Shown in pieces: positions 29,672 through 38,124 of a stretch of 64,000 nt of DNA; the first letter of the stretch is position 1; each line of letters starts with the position of its first letter. The stretch covers positions 138,530 through 202,529 of the forward strand of contig PKEX01000008.1 in the NCBI GenBank assembly GCA_002919235.1. The letters run 5' to 3'. The position numbers and the translations under genes were made by a program. This stretch comes from Clostridia bacterium (GTDB taxonomy: Bacteria; Bacillota; Limnochordia; DTU080; RSA5). Under the pieces are notes generated by a model. It saw only the letters and a program-made list of their open reading frames with translations. It was not told the DNA's origin and did no database searches.

Positions 29672-30388
29672 ATGCGCGCGGAAGAACGGCGCCGCCGGAT
29701 CCTCGAGATCCTGGCCGAGACGTATCCGGACGCCAAGTGCGAGCTGAACTTCACTACCCCTTTTGAACTGCTGGTGGCGACGATCCTCTCCGCCCAGAGC
29801 ACCGACAAGCGGGTCAACATGGTGACCGAGCGGCTCTTCGCCAAGTACAACACGCCCGAAGCCTTCGCGGCCCTCCCGTACGAAGTGCTGGAAGAGGAGA
29901 TCAAAGAGATCGGCCTCTACCGGAACAAGGCGAAGCACATCATCGAGATGAGCCGGCGCCTGCTGGAAGCCTTCGACGGGGAGGTGCCCCAAGACCGGGA
30001 CGCGCTGCAAACCCTGCCGGGGGTGGGCCGCAAGACGGCGAACGTCGTGGTCAGTAACGCTTTCGGCATTCCGGCCATCGCCGTCGACACCCACGTGTTC
30101 CGGGTGGCCAACCGCCTCGGCCTCGCGCGCGGCGCCAAGACGCCGCTGGAAACGGAGAAGCAGCTCATGCGGAACATCCCGCGGGAGCTGTGGTCCGCGG
30201 CGCACCACTGGCTGATCCACCACGGCCGGCGGGTCTGCCACGCCCGCAACCCCCGCTGCGGCCAGTGCCCCCTCCTCGAGCTTTGCCCCGAAGGAAAGCG
30301 GCGCACCGGCGCCGCCCCGGCGGCGCCGGCCGCCGTCAAGGCCCGGCGGTCACCTGGAGCGGGCTCCCGTCGTACGGCCGGAGCGTGA
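29672..30388 (+). CDS. nth: Endonuclease III
   Basis: LSAQSTD, LPGVGRKTANVV, VDTH and the CHARNPRCGQCPLLELC 4Fe-4S motif. Confidence 0.96.
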   Translation: MRAEERRRRILEILAETYPDAKCELNFTTPFELLVATILSAQSTDKRVNMVTERLFAKYNTPEAFAALPYEVLEEEIKEIGLYRNKAKHIIEMSRRLLEAFDGEVPQDRDALQTLPGVGRKTANVVVSNAFGIPAIAVDTHVFRVANRLGLARGAKTPLETEKQLMRNIPRELWSAAHHWLIHHGRRVCHARNPRCGQCPLLELCPEGKRRTGAAPAAPAAVKARRSPGAGSRRTAGA

Positions 30389-32024
30389 GGTCGGCCCCTC
30401 CGACGAGACTGCGGCCCGGCCTCACCGCGACAGGACCCGCCTCCCCGTAATAGTCCCCTGGCGACACCGCGCCATCCCCGTCCACGTCCACCCAGCCGGC
30501 CACCGTCCACCGGCCCTCCGGCACACCGGTCACTTGATAGAGCCCTCCTGTGCCCGCCCGGGTTTCCGCGTGCACGAGCAGCCGGCCAGCGCTCTTTTCC
30601 ACCACCATGATCCGGGGGATCCCCGTCGAGACGGCGCCGTACACGTCCAGCCGGCCGTAGCCCATCCGGTCGTCCCGGAGGGCCGGCGCGCCGTCCGGGC
30701 GGATCGCGGTCATGTGGAGGAGCGCCCGAACGCTTTCAGGATCTTGGGGAAATCCCCGCCCCAGCATCAACGCGACGGCGCCCGCGACATGCGGCGCAGC
30801 GAACGAGGTCCCCGTACCGCAGTCAAAACCGCCGCCCGTCTTCAGCGTCAGCACACAGCTTCCGCCCCCGCCGCCCGGCGCCACCAGATCCAGGTCTGGA
30901 CCCCCGGCCGAATAGAACGGCACCTTCCCCTCCCGGTCGAAGGCGCCCACGGCGATGACCCCGGGATGGCTGGCAGGACACGCCAGATGCCCGCCGTCGT
31001 TTCCCGCGGCGGCCACCACGACGATGCCCGCCTGCAGGACCTCGTCCAAGGCCTGGGCCATCGCCGGGCTGCACTGGTAGGAAGGCCGGCTCCAGGCGCT
31101 CACCCGCAGGCTCAGGTTGATCACCTGCGCCCCTCGGCGGGCAGCCTCCCGGATCCCGGCGATCACGTCGTCCTCCCCGGAGTCGCGGAAAATGACCCGC
31201 ACCGGCAGGAGGCGCACTCCCGGCGCCACGCCCCGGCCCCCCACGCCGTTGCCGGCCACGGCGCCGATGATCCCGGCGACGGCGGTGCCGTGAGCGTCGG
31301 CCTGCTCCGGGCGGAAGGCGTCGTAGCCGTACGGGCCGCCGCTTTCAGCATCCCAGCCAGTCACCCAGAGATCCGGATCGTCCAGCTCAGGATGGGTGAA
31401 ATCGATCCCGGTATCGACCACGGCCACCACCACGCCCGCAGCGCTGGCCACCGTCCAGGCGTCGAAGGCCCGGATCGCCGAAAGAGCCCACTGATCCGCC
31501 GCGAGGGGATCGAAGCCGCCGCCCGCCGGCTCCGCCCGGCCGTTCTCTCCGGCCCAGGCGACGCCGGGGAGCCGCTCCAGCTGGCTGATGGCCTCGAGCG
31601 GCCCGCGCCGGCGGGCGTCGCGGACCACGTGCACCCCGGGCGACGCTTCCTTTTCATAGATGAAACCCAGGGGGCGCACCTGCTCCGCCAGCGAAGACGC
31701 CGTCTCGTCTAGGCCCGATCCCACCAGGTACTCGAAGGAGGGACCCGCGGCACTCCGCTCCCCCACCCGCGGCCCGGCCTGCGGCAAGGCGCCCCGCAGC
31801 GAGAGGGGGTGGACCTCCGCCCGGTGATCCAGCGCCCTTTCCGGCTCCCCGGCAGCCCCGGGCGAGACGATCTTCACCGCGCCGGTAACGCTCCCGGCTC
31901 CGGGAGCTGAACCCGGGCGCACCAGGCCCAAACACCCGGAAAGGGTGAGGGTCAGGATCAGCAGGAGCCCCAGGCGTCCTGCCCTGCGCCAGCATCGTCT
32001 CGCATCGTGCCAACCCGTCCGCAT
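30336..32024 (-). CDS. S8 subtilisin-like serine protease, predicted lipoprotein
   Basis: Lipobox LSGC; catalytic DTG, HGT, GTS; oxyanion AAGN; C-terminal DVDGDG beta-domain. Confidence 0.88.
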   Translation of the reverse strand: MRTGWHDARRCWRRAGRLGLLLILTLTLSGCLGLVRPGSAPGAGSVTGAVKIVSPGAAGEPERALDHRAEVHPLSLRGALPQAGPRVGERSAAGPSFEYLVGSGLDETASSLAEQVRPLGFIYEKEASPGVHVVRDARRRGPLEAISQLERLPGVAWAGENGRAEPAGGGFDPLAADQWALSAIRAFDAWTVASAAGVVVAVVDTGIDFTHPELDDPDLWVTGWDAESGGPYGYDAFRPEQADAHGTAVAGIIGAVAGNGVGGRGVAPGVRLLPVRVIFRDSGEDDVIAGIREAARRGAQVINLSLRVSAWSRPSYQCSPAMAQALDEVLQAGIVVVAAAGNDGGHLACPASHPGVIAVGAFDREGKVPFYSAGGPDLDLVAPGGGGGSCVLTLKTGGGFDCGTGTSFAAPHVAGAVALMLGRGFPQDPESVRALLHMTAIRPDGAPALRDDRMGYGRLDVYGAVSTGIPRIMVVEKSAGRLLVHAETRAGTGGLYQVTGVPEGRWTVAGWVDVDGDGAVSPGDYYGEAGPVAVRPGRSLVGGADLTLRPYDGSPLQVTAGP

Positions 32025-32232
32025 CGTCTGGCCGTCGCTCCTTGCTCGCCCAAGCACCAAAGATGCAACGCCCTGGATCTTCCCGCGGGCATTCCAACCT
32101 TTCAAGGGAAGAAAGGTTTGCGCCTCTAGGCGAGTTCTGGAAGGGCCCGGCCGCTTCCGGAACCTACCAGGAATTGCGGCCTTGGTTGGTAAAGTAACAG
32201 TCACAACCGTGAGAGCGAGAGGTGCCCGCGCC

Positions 32233-33384
32233 GTGGTGGAGATGCCGTGGTATCAAGAGGGGCCGGCGGACCGGCACTGGCCAGCGGGCCGGGAGCCTTC
32301 CCGGGCGACGCCCATCGGCGACGGGGCCGCGGAACCGCTCGGCATCTACCTGGGCAGTCATGCCGTGCGCGCGATCGAGCGCAGCCTCGAACAGGATCCC
32401 GAGCGTCCCTTGGGCGGGCTCTTGGTCGGCTTTCCCCTGGCCGGCGCGCGCCGTCCCTTCCTCGCCGTCACCGATCTCATTCTCCTGCCGCCCTCCGCGG
32501 TGGACGAAAGCGACGTCCGCTTCACCCCGGCCGTCTTCGGCGAGATCCTGCCGGCCTGGGAGGAGCGGCAGGACGGCGCGGTGATCGCCGGCTGGTGCCA
32601 TGCGGCCCCCGGCAGGGGCATCGCCCTTTCCAACTTCCACCGGTTCAACCATCACCGCCATTTTCCCCGGCCGTGGCAGATCGTGCTAGTCATCGACACC
32701 GCGCGCCAGGCTTCTCTCGTCTACCGGTGGGAAAAGGGCCAGCTGGTGCCCGTTGAAGGCTTCTATTACTGGGACATGGAAGGGGAACCCGCCGCGGATC
32801 TCTTCGAACCCCCGGTGCTCTCCGTGGGGCGCGAAGAGCCGGCGGCCGCGCCAGGCGAGCGGGCTTCCCCGCCGGGCCGCGCCCGCCGCTGGATCTGGCC
32901 CCTGGCGGCCGCCCTCTTGATTTACCTGCTCATCCCGCAGGCGCCGGGGAGCATCCCGTGGATGCGGCAGCGGCTCAGCCCGGGCTACCCGCTGGCGGAG
33001 CCGGCCAGCGGCACCCGCCCGGGCTTTTTGGAGCCGAGCCCGCCTTCGGCGGCGGAAAGCGCCGCGGCGGGCACACCGGCTCAGCTTCCCGCAGCGCCGC
33101 AGCAGGCAGGCGCCGGAGAAGACCCCCGAGAACCCGGCCCGCCGGCCACCGAGGCCACAGGTGCCGGCGCCACGCCTTCCGGAGGGCCCGAGGCCTTGGC
33201 CGGCGAGCCGAGAGGGCCCGCCGCCGTACGGGAATACGTGATCCAGCCGGGCGACACCATGTGGGCCATCAGCCGCACGCTCCTAGGGGATCCGCGGCTC
33301 TTTAGGGAGCTCGCACAGAAAAACCAAATTGAGAATCCGGACCGGATTTTCCCTGGACAGAGACTGGTGGTTCCGCTGGAGTGA
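32233..33384 (+). CDS. Degenerate JAB/MPN domain, TM helix, Pro/Ala linker, LysM
   Basis: LGGLLVG and IAGWCHAAPG...LS resemble MPN; TM WIWPLAAALLIYLLI; LysM YVIQPGDTMW...IFPGQRL. Confidence 0.75.
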   Translation: MVEMPWYQEGPADRHWPAGREPSRATPIGDGAAEPLGIYLGSHAVRAIERSLEQDPERPLGGLLVGFPLAGARRPFLAVTDLILLPPSAVDESDVRFTPAVFGEILPAWEERQDGAVIAGWCHAAPGRGIALSNFHRFNHHRHFPRPWQIVLVIDTARQASLVYRWEKGQLVPVEGFYYWDMEGEPAADLFEPPVLSVGREEPAAAPGERASPPGRARRWIWPLAAALLIYLLIPQAPGSIPWMRQRLSPGYPLAEPASGTRPGFLEPSPPSAAESAAAGTPAQLPAAPQQAGAGEDPREPGPPATEATGAGATPSGGPEALAGEPRGPAAVREYVIQPGDTMWAISRTLLGDPRLFRELAQKNQIENPDRIFPGQRLVVPLE

Positions 33385-33400
33385 CGCCCGGCGCCGCAGG

Positions 33401-33973
33401 TCACTCGGCGGCCTGCGCCACCTGAGGGGCGGTGAACAGCTCCGCCCGTTGAACGGGCCAGAACCGCAGGAGCGCCCTGCCCACGATCATGTTTCTCGGG
33501 ACGTATCCCACCAGGGGGCTGCGGCTGTCCTGCGAGTTGGTGCGGTTGTCTCCCAGGACGAAGTAGTGGTCTTCGGGCACGACGCCCGACGTGAACCGGC
33601 CGCCGAAGGTGGGCGAGCTCACGTACGGCTCGGAAAGAGCCACGCCGTTGACGTACACCCGCCCGCCCCGGATCTCGACGCGGTCGCCGGGCACCCCGAT
33701 GATCCGTTTGATGAAGTGGTGGCTGGGATCCGCCGGGTAGCGGAAGACGACGATCTCGCCCCGCTGGGGTTCACGGAACCGGTAGGTGAGCTTGTCCACC
33801 AGGAGCCGCTCGCCCGAGTGCAGTGTGGGAAGCATCGACGGTCCGTCCACGGTGAAGGTCCTGGCCACGAACGCCATGATGAACAGGGCCAGGAGCACCG
33901 CGCCGGCCACGGTCTCCAGGTACTCCCGCCAAAGCGGCTTTTCCTTTTCCCGAATCGATGGGCTTGTCTGCAC
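33401..33973 (-). CDS. lepB: Signal peptidase I
   Basis: GPSMLPTL (Ser), FIKRIIG (Lys), GDNRTNSQDSR. Confidence 0.95.
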   Translation of the reverse strand: MQTSPSIREKEKPLWREYLETVAGAVLLALFIMAFVARTFTVDGPSMLPTLHSGERLLVDKLTYRFREPQRGEIVVFRYPADPSHHFIKRIIGVPGDRVEIRGGRVYVNGVALSEPYVSSPTFGGRFTSGVVPEDHYFVLGDNRTNSQDSRSPLVGYVPRNMIVGRALLRFWPVQRAELFTAPQVAQAAE

Positions 33974-34044
33974 CGAGAGCTCCCCCCGGTCGCGTCGTCG
34001 GTCTCTGCCACCCGGGCATGCATGCCAACATTCTTTGGCGGCAC

Positions 34045-34078
34045 AAAAAAATCCTGCCCCGGCAGTGCCTGGGCAGGA
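34045..34078 (-). terminator. Intrinsic terminator after the YpiB-like gene
   Basis: TCCTGCCC / GGGCAGGA stem followed by a T7 run on the minus strand. Confidence 0.7.
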
Positions 34079-34105
34079 CATCCCATCCGGCGGCGGCGCG
34101 GGCGC

Positions 34106-34708
34106 TCACAGATCCCACAAGCACCGCCGCGACACTTCCAGATAGAGGGGAACGATCCGCTCAAACCGCTCGCGGTCCCGGGCCGCGAGGGCCTCCTCGA
34201 TCTCCTGGCGCAGGGAGACGGCAAGGAGGACCAAGTCCACCTGTTCCCGCACGATCTCCTCGATCATCGCCTCGATGCTCTCCTTGGCATCGGGCCGCAT
34301 GGGGAGGGCCGGATTGGGCTCCACGATCTCTTCGTACCACGCCGGGGTGGGGCCGGCGAACGAGAAGACGACGTAAAGCCGCCCGCGGAACTGCTGCAAG
34401 GGCTTGATGGCCTCCAGGGGATCGGTGATCACCAGCGAGCAGTCCCTGCGGGTGTGCCGGACCAACCGCCCGTTGACGATGGAGACCTCTTCCCGCTGGT
34501 ACGCGCCGAGCTCGAGCTCAAAACCGACTCGAGGGCTGCCCAGCTCCGACACCAGCATGGTATTGGGCAGAAACTCGCGGCTTTGGACGAAGGTGATGCG
34601 CGACAGCAGGTCCTTGCTCTCGGCGAGAAATTGCAGGAGGTATTTGCTCATGGGATGTTTAAGAGGAGCTCGGCTGAACTGAAGGATCGCCTCTGCCTTT
34701 CGATGCAT
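34106..34708 (-). CDS. YpiB/UPF0302-like protein with a C-terminal IDEAL domain
   Basis: Recalled resemblance to B. subtilis YpiB (YLLQFL...ITFVQ...LYVVFSF); EIEEALAARDRERF IDEAL motif. Confidence 0.7.
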   Translation of the reverse strand: MHRKAEAILQFSRAPLKHPMSKYLLQFLAESKDLLSRITFVQSREFLPNTMLVSELGSPRVGFELELGAYQREEVSIVNGRLVRHTRRDCSLVITDPLEAIKPLQQFRGRLYVVFSFAGPTPAWYEEIVEPNPALPMRPDAKESIEAMIEEIVREQVDLVLLAVSLRQEIEEALAARDRERFERIVPLYLEVSRRCLWDL

Positions 34709-34905
34709 GGCAGCTCACCCCGGGCCAAAGAGCCTTCCCTCGGTCCACTTGCTCTCAATGTATACGACCGCCAGCGTACACACATGCCAGACAGGGATAC
34801 GTAAGCTCTGGGGTGCATCAAACAATTCGACGCTGCCGCATCTGATTCCTTTGTCGCCCCGGGCCGGCGGGCGAGCCGCCGCCCCGGAGCGGGCCTCGAC
34901 AGGGA

Positions 34906-35682
34906 GTGAAACGTGGGTTGCGCGTCGTCTTTCTCGGGACCGGCACCTCGCAGGGAGTGCCGGTCATCGGCTGCACTTGTGACGTATGCACGTCCCCGGA
35001 TCCGCGAAACCACCGCGCGCGGCCATCGATCTGGATCGACCTGGGCGGAAGGCACCTCGTCATCGACACGCCGGCCGAGTTTCGCCTGCAGGCCATCCGG
35101 TTCCGCCTGCCGCGCCTGGACGCCCTGCTCTACACCCACGCCCACGCCGACCACATCTTCGGCATCGACGACATCCGCCGGTACAACCAGATGCAGCGGG
35201 AGGCCATCCCCCTGTACGCCTCCAGGGAGACACTCGCCGCCCTCCGGCAGGCGGCCGGTTATATTTTTGACTACACGAACGAGAACTGGGCCCTTCCAAA
35301 GGCGATCCCCCGCGAGCTGGACGGGCCCTTCGAGCTCTTTGGGACGACGATCGAACCCCTCCTGGTCTGGCACGGCTCGATGCCGGTCACCGCGTACCGC
35401 ATCGGCCGGATGGCCTACGTCACCGACTGCAGCCGCATCCCCGCCGAGACCATGGAGCGGCTGCGGGCTCTCGACCTCTTGATCCTGGACGCCCTGCGCT
35501 ACCGGCCGCACCCGACCCACTTTTCCATCCCGGAAGCGCTGGAGGTCATCGAAGAGCTCAAGCCCAAACAGGCGCTCCTCACCCACCTCTGCCACGAGGT
35601 GGACCACGCCGCGGCCGAAGCCGGGCTGCCGCCCCACGTCCGCCTGGCCTACGACGGGCTGTCGGTGACGGTGGACGACTGA
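34906..35682 (+). CDS. PhnP-like MBL-fold metallohydrolase
   Basis: LGTGTSQGVPVIGCTCDVC, THAHADH, THF, THLCH. Confidence 0.9.
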   Translation: MKRGLRVVFLGTGTSQGVPVIGCTCDVCTSPDPRNHRARPSIWIDLGGRHLVIDTPAEFRLQAIRFRLPRLDALLYTHAHADHIFGIDDIRRYNQMQREAIPLYASRETLAALRQAAGYIFDYTNENWALPKAIPRELDGPFELFGTTIEPLLVWHGSMPVTAYRIGRMAYVTDCSRIPAETMERLRALDLLILDALRYRPHPTHFSIPEALEVIEELKPKQALLTHLCHEVDHAAAEAGLPPHVRLAYDGLSVTVDD

Positions 35683-36689
35683 CGCCGGGGATGGGGCACT
35701 TTCACCGCCACGATCTCCTCGGCGCTGTCGCTGCCGGCGACCGCGAGAAACCCGGGCATAGGCCCGAGCGCCGCATATCCCAGGGCGGGACCGCCCGCCG
35801 CCCCCTCTTGGGCGACGATGGCCGACTGCCCGTAAAACTCCAGTTCCCAGATGCTCCCCGTCATCATGGGGTTCACGGCGTACCGGAAGCGGCGTTCCAC
35901 CGCCACCCGCCGGTAGCTGCCATTCAGCCAGTCCCACTGCTGCTCGGGGCTCCAGGGCTTGGGGTTGGCCGACGGCTGCACCAGGATGTCGGCGCCTTGC
36001 TCCTCCAACGCCTCGACCACGGGATCCTGAAAGCCGTCGAGGCAGATCGCGATGCCGAGGCGCCCCAGCTCTGTTTCGTACACCCTCAGTGACGAAAGGG
36101 AGCCGGGATCCAGGTGGAGCGCCTCCTCCCGCTCCAGCTCGATCAGGTGCACTTTGTCCTGCTTGCCGATGACCTTCCCGTCGGGGCCGAAAAGGAAGGC
36201 GGTGTTGTGCAGCGCGGGCGCCAGCGGCCGGCGCCACCAAGCGACGCGGCCGTCTTCGACGGCGAAGGGCGGCAGCAGGACGGAGCCGGCAACGAGGTAG
36301 ACGCCGCAGCTCCTGGCGGCGTTCGAAAACACGTCGAAATAGCTGGACGCGATGGCCTTCCTTCGGGTGTAAAAAAGGGCGGGCACCCACTGGAGGCGGT
36401 GCCGGACCCGGTGATAGAGGGCAGGGAAAAACAAGGCGCGCACGGCGGCCTCAATCCCCCGGGCGATGCCGGCCGCTCGCCTCAGCCGCTTCTCCATTCC
36501 GGCCAGCACCAGCATGAGTCCGGCATCTTCGGGGAACACCACCAGCGCCGGCACGCCGGGGTCGATGGTGCGGCACACCTTGTCCATGATCTCGCCGATC
36601 TTGGCGGCAAAGGCCTCCCGGCTGAAGTACGCCTCCAGCTCCAGCTTCATCTGCACCGCCACCAGCTGGATCCAAGGGTGTTCCGGCAC
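35649..36689 (-). CDS. Carbon-nitrogen hydrolase (nitrilase superfamily)
   Basis: Catalytic E-K-C in FPED, QDKVHL, ICLD. GTG at 36689 after GGAGG. Confidence 0.85.
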   Translation of the reverse strand: MPEHPWIQLVAVQMKLELEAYFSREAFAAKIGEIMDKVCRTIDPGVPALVVFPEDAGLMLVLAGMEKRLRRAAGIARGIEAAVRALFFPALYHRVRHRLQWVPALFYTRRKAIASSYFDVFSNAARSCGVYLVAGSVLLPPFAVEDGRVAWWRRPLAPALHNTAFLFGPDGKVIGKQDKVHLIELEREEALHLDPGSLSSLRVYETELGRLGIAICLDGFQDPVVEALEEQGADILVQPSANPKPWSPEQQWDWLNGSYRRVAVERRFRYAVNPMMTGSIWELEFYGQSAIVAQEGAAGGPALGYAALGPMPGFLAVAGSDSAEEIVAVKVPHPRRQSSTVTDSPS

Positions 36690-36800
36690 GCCGCCCCTCC
36701 TTCCGTCCCCGCACGCCCCCTGCGGGGGAGGAGCCTGCCGTCCCGCCAAGGAAGTTCCTTCCTCAGCCAGGGCCATCCCGCAGGAAAAGGGGGGCGCGCG

Positions 36801-38084
36801 GTGCAGGGAGTTCTCTACGCCTCGGCATATCTGGGCATCTCACTGGTGACGTACGTCGTCGGGTCGTGGATCACCTACTTTTACACCCCGCCCGTCGATT
36901 CCGGGCTGGTCGCCCGGCTCTCGCCCACGCTGGTGGGAATTGCGGTCGCGCTGGGACGGATCGTCGACGCCGTGGCCGATCCCCTGGTGGGCGCTGCCAG
37001 CGACCGGCTGCAGAGTCCCCGCGGCCGGCGCCTGCCGTTCATGCGGGGCTCCGTCATTCCCCTGGCCGCGGTCTTCGCGCTGCTCTGGACGCCTCCCGCG
37101 TTCCTCGGAGAGGCCGGCGCCTTTCTCTACCTTTCCGTCTCGCTCAGCCTCTTTTTCATTCTCTACACGCTCTATGTGGCGCCCTACCTCGCCCTCCTGC
37201 CCGAGCTGGCCACCCGCCGTGACCAGCGGATCGCGTGGTCGGGCTGGCAGGGACTGTTCAACATCGCCGGCACCGCCTTGGGCGGCCTTGGGGCAGGCCT
37301 GCTCATCGAAGCGGCGGGCTTTGCCGCGATGGGCGGGGTCCTGGCGCTGGTGGCTTTCGCCAGCTTGGCCCTGCCCGCGTGGCTCCTTCGCGAGCGCGAG
37401 GGCGCCCGCGGCGAGGCCCCGCCGCCGTCGCTGGTGGAAAGCGTCAGGCTCACCATGGCCAACCCCGCTTTCCGCCCGTACGTAGCCGGGCAGTTCTTCT
37501 TCTGGCTGGCGCTGTACGTGATGATCGCCGCCATCCCGTACCTGGCCACCGTGGTGATGGGCGGCAGCGAGGCCGACGCCACGGTGGCGCTCGGCCTGGC
37601 GCTGGCCGTCGCGCTCCTTGCGCTGGCCCCGCTCTCCGCCCTCTCGCGCGCCGTGGGCCTCAAGAAGGCCTTGAATCTCGCGATGGGATGGTTCGCCGCC
37701 GTCCTGCTCCTCGCCGGCGGCATCGGCCGGCTCCCCCTGCCTCTCTCCCCTTACGCCCAGGGGCTCTTGGTCTTTGCGCTGGCAGGCGTCCCCTTGGCGG
37801 CGCTCTTCGTCTTTCCCAACGCCCTGCTGGCCGAGGTGACCGACATCGACTTTCAGAGGACGGGAAGCCGCCGGGAGGCCGTCTACTTCGGCGTGCAGGG
37901 GTTCATCGTCAAGCTGGCGGTGGGCCTCTCCGCGCTGGTGACCACCGGGATCATCGACGCCTTGGGCTACAGCCGCGAGGCGCCCTGGGGCGTGCTGGCG
38001 CTGGGACCGGTCAGCGCGCTGCTGGTGGCGGCGGGCATCGCCTGTTTCCGGCGGTATCCCGCCGGGGCGGCGGAGCGGAGGTAG
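36801..38084 (+). CDS. MFS transporter, GPH/MelB-like
   Basis: DAVADPLVGAASDR...GRRLPF, about 12 TM helices, TDID...RREAVYFG. Confidence 0.88.
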   Translation: MQGVLYASAYLGISLVTYVVGSWITYFYTPPVDSGLVARLSPTLVGIAVALGRIVDAVADPLVGAASDRLQSPRGRRLPFMRGSVIPLAAVFALLWTPPAFLGEAGAFLYLSVSLSLFFILYTLYVAPYLALLPELATRRDQRIAWSGWQGLFNIAGTALGGLGAGLLIEAAGFAAMGGVLALVAFASLALPAWLLREREGARGEAPPPSLVESVRLTMANPAFRPYVAGQFFFWLALYVMIAAIPYLATVVMGGSEADATVALGLALAVALLALAPLSALSRAVGLKKALNLAMGWFAAVLLLAGGIGRLPLPLSPYAQGLLVFALAGVPLAALFVFPNALLAEVTDIDFQRTGSRREAVYFGVQGFIVKLAVGLSALVTTGIIDALGYSREAPWGVLALGPVSALLVAAGIACFRRYPAGAAERR

Positions 38085-38124
38085 GCCGGCGGCGCTGCCG
38101 GCCTGGCCGGGCTCGGAACGGGCA

